Source of the DNA: Felis catus
Taxonomy: Eukaryota
Direction: 5' to 3'
NCBI RefSeq assembly: GCF_018350175.1
Contig: NC_058373.1
Location: 100,256,001-100,320,000, forward strand
Length of the DNA stretch: 64,000 nucleotides
Shown: one piece after another, positions 40,367-52,737 of the stretch
Layout: every line of letters begins with the position of its first letter
Position numbering within the stretch: the stretch's first letter is position 1
Notes under the pieces: generated by a model
Told to the model about the DNA's origin: nothing
Databases searched by the model: none
The model's input: only the letters and a program-made list of their open reading frames with translations
Position numbers and translations under genes: made by a program

Positions 40367-43300
40367 CACACATATATATGTATATATATAACATCTTTTT
40401 TTTTAAATTTTTTTTTTCTTCAACGTTTTATTTATTATTTTTGGGACAGAGAGAGACAGAGCATGAACGGGGGAGGGGCAGAGAGAGAGGGAGACACAGA
40501 ATCGGAAACAGGCTCCAGGCTCTGAGCCATCAGCCCAGAGCCCGACACGGGGCTCGAACTCACGGACCGCGAGATCGTGACCTGGCTGAAGTCGGACGCT
40601 TAACCGACTGCGCCACCCAGACGCCCCTATATAACATCTTTTTTATCTGTTTATCTACCAGTGGACACTTAGGTTGCTACTATAATTTGGCTAATGTAAA
40701 TAATGCTGCAGTAAACATAGAGGTGCTTGTAAACCTTTGAATTAGTGTTTTTGTGTGCTTGGGGTAAATACCTAAGTAGTGTGATTACTGGGCCATGGGG
40801 TAGTTCTATCTGTAATTCTTTTTTTTTTTTTAATTTTCTTTTTACATTTATTTATTTTTTGAGAGACATAGAGAGACAGAGCACAAGTTGGGGAGGGGCA
40901 GAGAGAGAAGGAGACACAGAATCTGAAGCAGGATCCAGGCCCCGAGCTGTCAACACAGAGCCCGATGCAGGGCTCGAACTCAGAAACCTTGAGATCACGA
41001 CGTGAGCCGAAGTCGGTCGCTTAACCGACTGAACCATCCGGGTGTCCCTATCTGTAATTCTTTAAGGAATCTCCATACTGTTTTCCACAGTGGCTGCACC
41101 ACTTTATATTCCCATCAACAGTGCAGAAGGGTTCCTTTTTCTCCACATCCTCACCAACACTTGTTGTTTCCTATGTTTTTGAGTTTAGCCAGTCGGACCA
41201 AGGTGTGAGGCCATATCTTATTATAGTTTTGATTTGCATTTTCCCTAATGATGAGTCCTATTGAGTATCTTTTCATGTGTCTGTCGGCCATTTGTGTATC
41301 TTCTTTGGAGAAATGTCTGTTCATGTTTTCTCCCCATTTTTATTTTTTACTAAAAAAATTTTTTTAATGTTTATTTTTGAGAGAGAGACAGAGTGGAAAC
41401 AGGGGAGGGGCAGAGAGAGAGGGAGATACAGAATCTGAAGCAGACTCCAGGCTCTGAGCTGTCAGCACAGAGCCCAACACGGAGCTCCAACTCACAAACT
41501 GTGAGATCATGTTCTGAGCCTAAACTGGACGTTTAACCAACACAGCCACCCGGGTGCCCCTTCCACCCATTTTTAAATTGGATTTTTTTGTTTTTTGTTT
41601 TGGTGTTAATTGTATCAATTCTTTATATATTTTGATTATTCACCCTTTATTGGATGTCATTTGCAGATATTTTCTCCCATTCAGAAGGTTGCCTTTTAGT
41701 TTTGTTTCTTTCACTGTACAGAGCTTTTTATTTTGATGTAGTCCCAATAGTTTATTTTTGCTTTTGTTTCACTTGTCTCAGGAGACATATCTAGAAAGAT
41801 GTTGCTACGACTAACATCAGAGAATTACTGCTGCATTCTCTGCTAGGATGTTTATGGTTTCAGGTCTCACCTATAGGTCTTAATCCATTTTGAGTTTATT
41901 TTTGTGTTTGGCATAAGAAAGTGATCTAGTGTCATTCTTTTGAATGTAGCTATACAATTTTCCCATACTGAAGATACTTTTTCCCATTGCATATTCTTGC
42001 CTCCATTGTTGAAGATTAATTGACCATATAATTGTGGGTTTATTTCTGGGCTTTCTATACTCTTCTCTTGCTCTACATGTCTAATTTAGTGCCAGTGCCA
42101 TCCTGTTTTGATTATTACAGCTTTGTAATATAACTTGAAGTCTGGAATGTGATACTTCCAGTTTTGTTTTTGTTTTTCAAGATTGCTTGGCTATTTGGGG
42201 TTTTTTGCTGTTCCACACAAATTTTAGGATTGTTTGTTCTAGTTCTGTGAAAAATGCTTTTGATATTTTGATCGGGATTACATTAAGTGTGTAGATTGCT
42301 TTGGGCAGTATGGACATTTTTTTAAAGATTTTTTTTAAGTAATCTCCACACCTAACATGGGACTTGAACTCACAACCCTGAGATCAAGAGTCACGTACTC
42401 CACTGACAGAGCCATCCAGGTACCTCTGGATAGTATGGACATTTTAATGATATTTGTTCTTCTAATTCATAAACATGGAATGTCTTTCCATTTCTTTGTG
42501 TCATTTTCAATTTCTTTCATTAGTGTTTTATAATTTTTAGAGTACAGGTCTTTTACCGGTTAGGTTAGGTTTATTCTTAGGGATTTTGTTATTTTTGCTG
42601 TAATTATAAGTGGCATTGTTTTCTTAATTTCTATTTCTGCTGCATCATTATTAGTGTATAGAAATGCAATAGATTTCTGAACATTGATTTTGTATCCTGT
42701 CACTTTACTGAATTCATTTATCACTTCTAGCAGTTTTTAAGTGGAGTCTTTAGGGTTTTCTATCTATAGCATTATGTCATCTGGAATAGTGGAAGTTTTA
42801 CTTCTTCCTTACCAATTTGGATGCCTTTTGCTCCTTTCTATTGTCTGATTGCTGTGTCTAGGACTTCTAGTACTATGTTGAATAGAAGTACTGAGAGTGG
42901 ACATCCTTATTCTTGTTCCTGACCTTGGAGGAAAAGCTCTCAGTTTTTCACCCTTGAGTGTGATGTTAGCTATGGGTTTTTCATATATGGCCTTTATTAT
43001 GTTGAGATATGTTCCTTCTAAACCTACTTTGTTGAGGGTTTTATCATGAATGGGTGTGGTACTTGTCAAATGATTTTTCTGCATCTATTGAAATGATCAT
43101 ATGGTTCTTATTCTTTCTCTTACTGATATGATGTATCATATTGATTTGTGAGTAATGAACCACCCTTGCATTCCAGGAATTAATCTCACTTGGTCATGGT
43201 GAGTGATTTTTTTAAATGTACTGTTGGTTTCCATTTGCCAATATTTTATTGAATATTTTTGCATTTATATTCATCAGAGATATTGGCCTACACTTCTGTT

Positions 43301-43577
43301 TTTTGTGTGTGGTGTCTTTATCTGATTTTGGAATCTGTAATGCTGGCCTCATGGAATTAATTTGGAAGGTTTTCTTCCTCTTCTGTTTTTTGGAAAAGTT
43401 TGAGAAGAATAGCTATTAACCCTTTTTTAAATGTTTGGTAGAATTCACCTGTATAGCCGTCTGGTCCTGAAATTTTTGTTTTTTGGGAGTTTTTTATTAT
43501 CATTAATTTTTGAGAAAGAACGAGCACAAGTGAGTGAGGGACAGAGAGGGGGGGAAGAGAGAGAATCCTACAAGGGG

Positions 43578-43627
<50 letters not shown>

Positions 43628-44115
43628 AATGTGGAGCCAGAAGCAGGGCTCGAGCTCACCTGATGTAGGGTTCCACTTCACAAACCACGAGATCATGACC
43701 TGAGCCGAAGTTGGACACTTAACTGATTGAGCCACCCAGGCACCGTTTTCTGGGAGTTTTTTGATTACCGATTCAGTTTTCATTGGTGGTAATTGGTCTG
43801 TTCAAATTTTCTATTTCTTCCTGATTCTGTTTTGGGAGGTTATATGTTTCTAGGAATTTACCCATTTCTTCTGTGTTGCCCATTTGTTGGCATGTACTTT
43901 TTCATAATATTCTCTTCTCAATTGTTTGTATTTCTGTGGTGTTGGTTGTTATTTCTCGTATTTATCAATTTGGTGTTCTTTTTAAAGAACCAGCTCCTGG
44001 GTTTCATTGATCTGTTCTGTTTTTTAGTTTCTATTTCTTTTATTTCTGCTCTAATCTTTATTGTTTCCTCCTTTTGCTGGGTTGCTGGGTTTGGGTTTTG
44101 TTTGTTCTTTTTCTA
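39351..44115 (-). mobile_element. 5'-truncated carnivore L1 with a nested antisense L1 and five minus-strand SINEs (40400-40626, 40820-41048, 41355-41560, 42320-42427, 43505-43745)
   Basis: Minus-strand ORF2 peptides ([35 protein letters not shown]); SINE TSDs such as TATATAACATCTTTTT, TATCTGTAATTCTTT and AGTATGGACATTTT. Confidence 0.92.
39475..40083 (+). mobile_element. L1 3' end inserted antisense into the 3'UTR of a related L1
   Basis: GTGTTGCTGAGGATGTGGAGAAAGGGGAAC...CTATACTGGAATTAAAATTAAAAAC; degenerate TSD AGATAAGTGTCCT / AAATAAGTATACT. Confidence 0.85.
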
Positions 44116-44581
44116 GCTGCTAATAAGCCATCTAAGACTGGAGTTCATGAAAATTTTTAACCTCTTAATCTCTCTAGCAGTGCTTTTTGCCTTAAAGTTT
44201 ATTATGTCTCATATTAATATGCCATACTAGCCATCTTTTGGTTAAAATCTGCATGATATATGTATTTTACCATTCTTTTATTTTAAACTTCTCTCTGCCT
44301 TATTTTTTTTTTTTTTGATGTCTTTCTTTCAAAGAGAATATAATTGGGTTTTAATTTTATCTAGTCTGGCAATCTTACCTTTTATGAAGCATTTAATCCC
44401 CATTGTCATTTAATGTCATTTCTCATATATTTAGGTTTAAATCTATTATTCTACTTTGCGATTTATATTTGTCTAATTTCTTTTTCTCTATTTTATTGAA
44501 TTCTTTTGGATTCATTAAGGTTTTTTGAATAATCATTCTATATTTTCCCCTTTACTTAGGAGTTATGGTATGTTTTTAGTC

Positions 44582-45213
44582 TTTTTTTTTTTAAGTTTAT
44601 TTATTTATTTTGGGAGAGAGAGAGTGCGCGAGCATACACCCATGAGCAGGGAAGGGGCAGAGACAGAAGGAGAGGCAGAATCCTAAGCAGGCTCTAATTG
44701 AGCCACCCAGGTGCCCCATTTTTCTATTCCTTTTTTTTTTAATGTTTATTTTTGAGAGAGAGGGAGAGAGACAGAGCATGAGTGGGGGAGGGTCAGAGAG
44801 AGAGAGAGAGAGGGAGACACAGAATCTTATGTAGGCTCCAGGCTCTGAGCTGTCAGCACAGGGCTCGATGTGGGGCTCAAACTCACAGACCACGAGATCA
44901 TGACCTGAGTTGAAGTCAGATGCCCAACCAACTGAGCCACCCAGGCACCCCCAATTTTTCTATTCTTATACCGGAAACAGTATTAGTTATTACGGCTTAA
45001 AAGAAATTCTTTTTAAATTAAATTTTTATTTTTCTATTTAGAGAAAGTGTAAGTTGGGGAAAGGGGCAAAGGGAGAGAGAGACAGAATCTCAAGCAGGCT
45101 CCATGCTCAGCATGGAGCCCAAACCCAGGGCTCAATCCCACAACCCTGGGATCATGACCTGCACCGAAATCAAGACTTGGATGCTTAACCAACTGAGCCA
45201 CATAGGAGCACCC
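44582..45213 (-). mobile_element. Cluster of three CanSINEs (44582-44717 internally deleted, 44730-44952, ~45020-45213)
   Basis: Three reverse heads (GAGCCAC..AGG..C.CC) with T-rich tails. Confidence 0.88.
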
Positions 45214-46554
45214 CTATGGCTTGAAAATAATTCTTAATTCGGGTCCTGTTGGGTTCAGTTCACATGTGTTGTTTCTTCTTGATTGCTGAAGATGCCACAG
45301 GCTATAGCTATATGGATCAGAAAGCATCCACTTCGTGGCACTGCCTAGGCTGAATCATCAACTGTGGTCCATTGACTTCCACAGAGTCTAACAGCTGTCT
45401 CAAGAGTTGAAACATTTGACATACCCACTTAGTATATTTATTGAATGCCTACTATATGCTGGCATTGTGAATGTTGTAACAATCCAAACAGTCTCTGTTC
45501 TCATGACATTTATATTCTAGTTTATTAAAAGGAAATTAGTTATTGTTTGTTGAGTACAATGCTTTACTTAAAAAAATACTAAGGGCCTTCTTCATGATTA
45601 TTAATGAAGTTTGGTCCTTTATTGGCCTTTGTTCTCTGCATTTTAAATACTTCTGAAGACATGGTAATTTGAAAAATGTTTGATTGCTGGTGATGCAGTC
45701 TTCAACAGAGGTCCATGTTTTAGTGTGTACATCATTCACTGGATAAAAAAGTATGGATTTCTGTGAATTCAGGCCAAATTTATGGCGGCTATCTGTGTAA
45801 TGAGGCCAAATTTATGGCAGGCTACAACACCTGCAGGAGTGGAAAAGGCTGCCACCAAAACCTGAACATACTCTGAAGGCAGCTGCCCCCCTGCATCCTT
45901 CCTGAAGATACCCTACCCACCGAGAATGCATGTCTTTACTTTCTCAGTCTGTAAAGAGGGATGGCTGAAAAAAAAAGGAAATTTTGCAAATAGTCTTATT
46001 AATACTACTAGCCTTTTATGAAAACTAGTCACACAGAGAAGTAACTGAAAATTGCTCTTTTGGATACATGCTGACTCAGGGAGGGGACTGGTGGAAATTT
46101 CTTTGAATTCAGGTTTAAATTATTTCCCTTCATAGAAAACCAAAAAGATATCACACCAAGCTGAATGACTCCATTGTTCACCTTAAATGCTGGTGGGTAC
46201 TTAGAAAGCTGGCTTATTTTCACAACTGGAAGGCAGAACTATACATTTCTGCACAAGATTGGTGTAATTAATATTTATCATGGAAACTATGAGTTATTTC
46301 AGATTCTTCATTACATGTCATGGATATTACAGTATTCATAGTAAAAATCATGATTAGTCATCTTTTCTAAAACAGTTCTTTGACAAATGTGTCTCTGAGA
46401 TTCTAAAAGACACAGGAAAAAAATCAGAGCACATCGTAACCCAGTCAAGACATAAATGATGTACGTTCTTGCCAGATGATACTTATCAGAATGTTTACCA
46501 AAATGAGGCTGCGTTCAGTGCCCTCTGTTAGCTCCTTTGCAGGGTTATCTATAT

Positions 46555-46867
46555 TGACTATATTTATTTCTGAAACACTGAAACTAAGCTGCAGATATCA
46601 TGATGCTTCACCCCAAATACTTCCTCAAGCATCATTTATGGTCAAGGATGTTGTCTTTCATAATCCCATTGTTGCCACACTGAAGAAAGTGAATAATAAT
46701 GCTTTCATAAACATATCCATTTGGACTCTAAATGTTCATAATTGACCCAAGAATGTCATCCTTTTGAGCTGTTTGTTTGCTATTTGAGAGCTAATCAAGG
46801 TTCATACATTTCATATAGTTCATGTTGTCTTTCAAGCACTCATGTTTTAGGCACTTACTATGTCCCA
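46555..46867 (+). repeat. Left arm of a ~315-bp inverted repeat (L1MC-like 3' end sequence)
   Basis: Reverse complement of 48102-48417 with 7 substitutions and one 3-nt indel by manual alignment. Confidence 0.97.
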
Positions 46868-46916
46868 TAGTAAAATTCTTTGACCTAAAAAAGAAAAAAA
46901 GAAATGGCCTAGATTA

Positions 46917-47650
46917 GGGGTACCTGGCTGGCTCTGTCAGTAGAGCATGCAAGTCTTGATCTCAGGGTTGTAAGTTTGAGCCCATGTTGGGTATAGAGAT
47001 TACTTAAAAATAAAATCTTGAAAAGAAAAGAAAAGAGAAAGAAGAGAAGGGAAAACAAAAAAAAAAACAGAAATGTCCTGGATTCTAAACATGGCATTTG
47101 CTTTTGGCTTCCTTTAAATCACTTGTGGTCAAATTTGCTAAAACTTGTAGCCTGATAAAACAAAGGAGAAACTTTTCCTGGGTGGCTCACTTGGTTAAAC
47201 GTCTGACTTCGGCTCAGGTCATGATCTCAGCTCAGGTGATGATTTCGCTCAGGTCATGGTGTCATTCACGGTTGGTGAGTTCAAGCCCTGCATCAGGCTC
47301 TCTGCTTGCAGCACAGAGCCTGCTTCGGATTCTCTGCCTCTCCTTCTCCAAACATAAATAAACATTTAAGAATAAATAATAAACAAATAAATAAGTAAAC
47401 ATCATCGGAGGGTGGGGATTAAAAAAACCATTTTTTTTTTAATTTTTTTTTCAGCGTTTATTTATTTTTGGGACAGAGACAGAGCATGAACGGGGGAGGG
47501 GCAGAGAGAGAGGGAGACACAGAATCGGAAACAGGCTCCAGGTTCTGAGCCATCAGCCCAGAGCCTAACGCGGGGCTCGAACTCACGGACCGCGAGATCG
47601 TGACCTGGCTGAAGTCGGACGCTTAACCGACTGCGCCACCCAGACGCCCC
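46917..47650. mobile_element. Three CanSINEs in the inverted-repeat spacer: 46917-47070 (+, short), ~47175-47400 (+), ~47430-47650 (-, young)
   Basis: Heads and tails visible; the middle copy has a triplicated GCTCAGGTCATG-like unit. Confidence 0.9.
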
Positions 47651-48101
47651 AAAAAAAACATTTTTAATAGAACAAAAAAAATGTATATATTGAGTAGATT
47701 CAAATTGGCATGAATTAGAATTGTTATCCTGGTTGCTTCAGACAGCTGATGGTGGACTGTTCAGTTGTTTCCACCAAAGTGCCCAGAAAGGCCAGTGAGT
47801 GTGAATGAGAGTTACCTCTGCCTCAGTGTTTTATCACAGCAGATTATGTAATTTACCATCATGTTTCTATTGTAGTTTTTCCATTGGAATGGACAAGCAC
47901 ACCATGTTTCATTTATTCCACAGCTATCTATATATTAGTATCTAGTATGTTCAAGGCTCTGTGTTAGATTCTGAAAATATGATGATGAATAACAAATACA
48001 TCAGAGTGTTCAGAAGTAAGCACTTTATCACCATTTTACATAACAACAAACACTTCTCTCATATTTTCTTATAAAAATTAAATAGGAAGGTCTGTGTAAC
48101 C

Positions 48102-48417
48102 TGGGACATAGTAAGTGCCCAAAACATGAGTGCTTGAAAGACAACATGAACTATATGGAATGTATGAATCTTGATTAGCTCTCAAATAGCAAACAAACAG
48201 CTCAAAAGGATGACATTCTTGGGTCAATTATGAACATTTAGAGTCCAAATGGATATGTTTATGAAAGCATTATTGTCCATTTTCTTCAGTGTGGCAACAA
48301 CAGTGGGATTATGAAAGAGAACATCCTTGACCATAAATGATGCTTGAGGAAGTATTTGGGGTGAAGCATCATGATATCTGCAGCTTAGTTTCAGTGTTTC
48401 AGAAATAAATATAGTCA
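48102..48417 (-). repeat. Right arm of the ~315-bp inverted repeat
   Basis: As for the left arm; near-identical peptides in ORF-track entries 46476..46745(+) and 48224..48418(-). Confidence 0.97.
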
Positions 48418-48668
48418 TATAAAGAAGAACATTAACAATGGTTTCATGTTGGTGGTGGGTTATGGATGTCCATCATACTGTTCTTTCAGCTTTTCTGGAG
48501 GTTTGAAAACTTCCAGCATAAAAGTTGGGAAAAAAGTTTAGTTCCTTTTTCTCCCCTGTTAAGAATAATTTACAATTAAGCAATTCCTCCAAAGGGAATC
48601 TATCCCCCTAAAATATGAGTTAGGAATTAGAGACCATACAAATTTAAGACTGTTTGTTGTTTTCCTTT

Positions 48669-49314
48669 ATTTATTTTTTATTTTTTTTATTTTTTTTAAA
48701 TTTTATTTTTTATTTTTTAAAATTTACATCCAAATTAGTTAGCATATAGTGCAACGATGATTTCAGGAGTAGATTCCTTAGTGCCCCTTACCCATTTAGC
48801 CCATCCCCCCTCCCACAACCCCTCCAGTAACTCTCAGTTTGTTCTCCATATTTATGAGTCTCTTCTGTTTTGTTCCCCTCCCTGTTTTTATATTATTTTT
48901 GCTTCCCTTCCCTTATGTTCATCTGTTCTGTATCTTAAAGTCCTCATATGAGTGAAGTCATGTGATTTTTGTCTTTCTCTGACTAATTTCACTTCGTATA
49001 ATACCCTCCAGTTCCATCCACGTAGTTGCAAATGGCAAGATTTCATTCTTTTTGATTGCCGAGTAATATTCCGTTGTATATATATACCACATCTTCTTTA
49101 TCCATTCATCCATTGATGGACATTTGGGCTCTTTCCATACTTTGGCTATTGTTGATAGTGCTGCTATAAACATGGGGGTGCATGTGTCCCTTCGAAACAG
49201 CATACCTGTATCCCATGGATAACTGCCTAGTAGTGCAATTTCTGGGTCGTAGGGTAGTTCTATGAGGAACCTCCGTACTGTTTTCCAGAGTGGCTGCACC
49301 AGCTTGCATTCCCA
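48669..49314 (-). mobile_element. Short 5'-truncated feline L1 3' end
   Basis: ELPYDPEIALLG...KCPSMDEWIKK peptide, long T-rich tail, TSD TGTTGTTTT(C/T)CTTT at 48655-48668 and 49315-49328. Confidence 0.94.
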
Positions 49315-50480
49315 TGTTGTTTTTCTTTTAAATCTAAGTTACCTCAATCAAGGGTAAATGCAGATCTGAGGCAACATTGTTCCTGAACTTTGTCACAGTA
49401 ATTTAACTTTTATTTGCCTGAACTCTTTTACCTTGTACATTCACCTTTGCCAGAGGAATTGTGTCTTCACAGTCACTAGCAAGGTACTTTCACTTAGTCC
49501 ACACAAACTATTATATTATAGCAAACCAGGGGGTCAGGGGAGTGTGGAGCCACGATTATCACAAGATACAGTTTCACTTGGTGAGTTTACAGTTTTATTG
49601 GGGGGTTAAACATGATGAAGGTGAAGAACACAGAACAATTTAGAAGTTACAATTGAAAATAGTACAGTTCCAAAGGGACTTATAAAGAGGAAGCTGTAGC
49701 TAATATCAGCTTAGAAACAAAGCTGTCACAGTAATCTAGATGTTAACAGCATCCATTGACTTAAGACCTTCCCATAGATTAAATTTTTCTTCAAGTCCCA
49801 AGCAAATGCAGGACACCACCACTGGGATTTTCTCATGCTACCCTCATTAACAACTCAGGCATTCTTTTCCCTGAAGTTGAAGGCAGGGAGTAACATTATA
49901 CATGCAATCATACAGAAATTGTTTTTTGACCGTGGTTTTCATCAAGTCCACAAAGCTCCAAATAGTAAAGAATGTATCTACCATGCCAAATATATATTGT
50001 TTACTGCAATATAACACAATAGTAAGTCCTTCAAGTCAGATTTAAGAGAGTGTCATTGACTTTCTCAAGCAATGCCCGAAAAAATGATTGATCCCCTAAA
50101 AAAGTGATGGTAGGAAAAAATGAGCTCAGTTTATAACAGGCACTAAAAACTTCTGCAGAGTCTATGACAGATTCATTAAAAATGTTTATCCTGTCTGACC
50201 AAGACTATTAAAATTATGATATATTTGCTCAGGCAGCTTCTGCTAATACAAAATTCATCAACCTGACATTTTGCTGAAGACTGAAGATTCATTTTTAACT
50301 AAGGGAAAATGTAGAAAACTGTTTCTTTTTACCTGTAGGTGGTGCTATGTATTGTATTATGTAAGCACAAGCCTGCCTAGTTTTGAAGTTGGAAAGCTTG
50401 CTAAAGATTATGCATCTTATTTTACAGATAAACAAACTGAGACTCATTGAAATTTTGTCCTGTTTAAAGTAAAAATTCTG

Positions 50481-50705
50481 GGGGTGCCTGGGTGGCTCAG
50501 TCGGTTGAGCGGCTGATTTCGGCTCAGGTCATGATCTCGCGGTCCGTGAGTTCGAGCCCCGCGTTGGGCTCTGTGCTGACAGCTCGGAGCCTGGAGCCTG
50601 TTTCGGATTCTGTGTCTCCCTCTCTCTGACCCTCCCCTCTTCCTGCTCTGTCTCTCCCTGTCTCAAAAATAAATAAAACGTTCCAAAAAAATTTTTTAAA
50701 AGATA
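50481..50705 (+). mobile_element. CanSINE (SINEC_Fc)
   Basis: Full body; TSD TAAAAATTCTGG. Confidence 0.95.
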
Positions 50706-51034
50706 AAATAAAAATTCTGGTTAGAGGCAGATGCAAGACTATAGCCTCTTTTGTAAAATTTTTAATGTATGATTTATTAGAGAAAAAATTAGTCATTCCA
50801 TAATTAATTCAAACAGTATTCTGTTGTGACAGGTTTAAGGTTTATTTTACTGATTCACGAAGTCTTCTTTAGAAATTTCTAAAAGAAAATTGCCTAACTT
50901 AAATGAAAATAGATTATAAAAAAAGATGATAGGCTATCATTATGCATACATCTAAATTATTTTACCAAAGAGGAACTCCCAGTGGAGAAAGAACATGTTT
51001 AAAGAGGTAATTCATTTAAAAGGAAACACAAATT

Positions 51035-51037
<3 letters not shown>

Positions 51038-51074
<37 letters not shown>

Positions 51075-51335
51075 CTCACTGGGGTGCCTGGGTGGCTCAG
51101 TCCTTTAAGTCTCTGACTCTTCATTTTGGGTCAGGTCATGATCTCAGGGTCATGGGTCCTGGGATCAAGACCAGCCTCAGGCTCCATGCTGGGCATGGAA
51201 CCTGCTTGGGATTCCCTCTCCCTCTCTTTTTGCCCTTCCCTGCTCTCCCTGTCTTTCTCTCTCTCTCTTAAAACAAACAAACAAACAGACAAACAAACAA
51301 ACAACAAAAAACACAAAACAAAAAACCCACAACTC
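51038..51335 (+). mobile_element. (AAT)n microsatellite followed by a CanSINE (51081-51330)
   Basis: TSD AACTCACT on both sides of the SINE. Confidence 0.9.
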
Positions 51336-51359
51336 ACTAACAATCAAAACAAAACTAAA

Positions 51360-51880
51360 ACAGCAGTGTGGCACTCCTTATTTCTTCTAGATCAGCAAAA
51401 ATTCTATGATTATCCTCAGAGAAATTGAGACAATGGTAAAATAGACACCTCGCCCCCTTGTCAGTGGGAGTGTAAATTGGTACCACTTTTCTGAAAGTTA
51501 ATTTGACATATGTTATCAGGAACCTTAAATTGTTCAAACTCTGATGTTTAGTAGTTCAGCCTCTAGGCTCTTGCCTGGAGGGATAATAAGAAATGTGAAC
51601 ATACATGTGAATATACAAAGATATTGATCACAGCATTATTAATGGTATATATAAATAAGAAAATCATTTTCTAAATTAGGGTGTGGTTATGATTTTAGGC
51701 AGCCATTTACAGACTGCTTGCAAATAATTTTAACTGACATAAGAATATATACATAATATTTTACTGAATTAAATAGGAGGTTAAAATCTACAAATCTGGT
51801 GTTTCCTCAGTTATATAAAAACATTAACCATACTTGGAGAAAAAGAATGAAAAACACTAACAGAGGTTTTTCCAGATGTG
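51360..51880 (+). mobile_element. Ancient L1 (L1ME-like) 3' fragment
   Basis: GTGGGAGTGTAAATTGGTACCACTTTTCTGAAAG...ATATACAAAGATATTGATCACAGCATTATT. Confidence 0.65.
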
Positions 51881-51974
51881 AGAAAAATTAGTACTTTTCT
51901 TCCTATTTTCTCCCTACTTTTCAAGTTAATTATACTTTTTACAAAAGTATACTAATTACATTTATAGACAGATT

Positions 51975-52737
51975 TTTTTTTTTTTAAGAAATAAGTAGCA
52001 TTCATTCATTCATTGAAAGTAAGCTCTAGGCCCAACATGGGGCTTGAACTCACAACCCCAAGATCAAGAGTTGCATACTCTACTGACTGAGCCAGCCAGG
52101 CCTCCCAGTTAAGTAGCATTTTAAATGATTTTGAAACTTGTCACTCTGTAGATCATCTGAGGCCGGGAGATTCTCTGTCTTCCTGGTTTGCTCCCTTGTA
52201 CTGGTAGTCAGAATGAGGAAACCCTACAGTGTTATTTCCCAGAGGCAGAATAATTATGGCTGACTCACTCTCCCTTTTAACTCTTTGAATAAGACTGAGA
52301 AAAGTCAGTTGAGCGTCTAACTCTTTGTTTCTGCTCAGGTTGTGATCCCAGGGTCTGGACTGAACATGGAGACTACTTAAGATTCTCTCTCTCTCTCTCT
52401 CTCTCTCTCTGTCCCTCTGCCCCTTTCTCTGCTCATGCGTGCTCTCTCTCTCTCTCTCTCAAAAAAAAAAATGAAATAAAATAAATTGAGAAAGTTTCTA
52501 AACCCCAAAGTCTAAAGTTCATTTTATTATTATTTTTTATGTTTACTTATTTTTGAGAGAGAGACAGAGCATGAGCAGGGGAGGAACAGACAGAGAGGGA
52601 GACAAAGAATCTGAAGCATGTTCCAGGCTCTGAGCTGTCAGCACAGAGCCCGATGTGGGGCTTGAATTCAGGAACCCCAAGATCATGACCTAAGCCAAAG
52701 TTGGACACTTAACTGACTAAGCCACCCAGGTGCACCC
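51975..52737. mobile_element. Three CanSINEs (~51975-52107 -, ~52300-52485 + partial, ~52530-52737 -)
   Basis: SINE motifs; TSD AAGTAGCATT for the first. Confidence 0.85.

Noticed and set aside
45536..45739. Minus-strand 67-aa ORF with a possible acceptor
   Set aside because: Weak donor and no recognisable homology.
46555..48417. DNA transposon or MITE with long terminal inverted repeats
   Set aside because: No TSD or transposase remnant; the arms resemble LINE 3' sequence.
46476..48418. Two near-identical peptides (…TIFISETLKLSCRYHDASPQ…) as paralogous genes
   Set aside because: They are a by-product of the inverted repeat in repeat-derived DNA.
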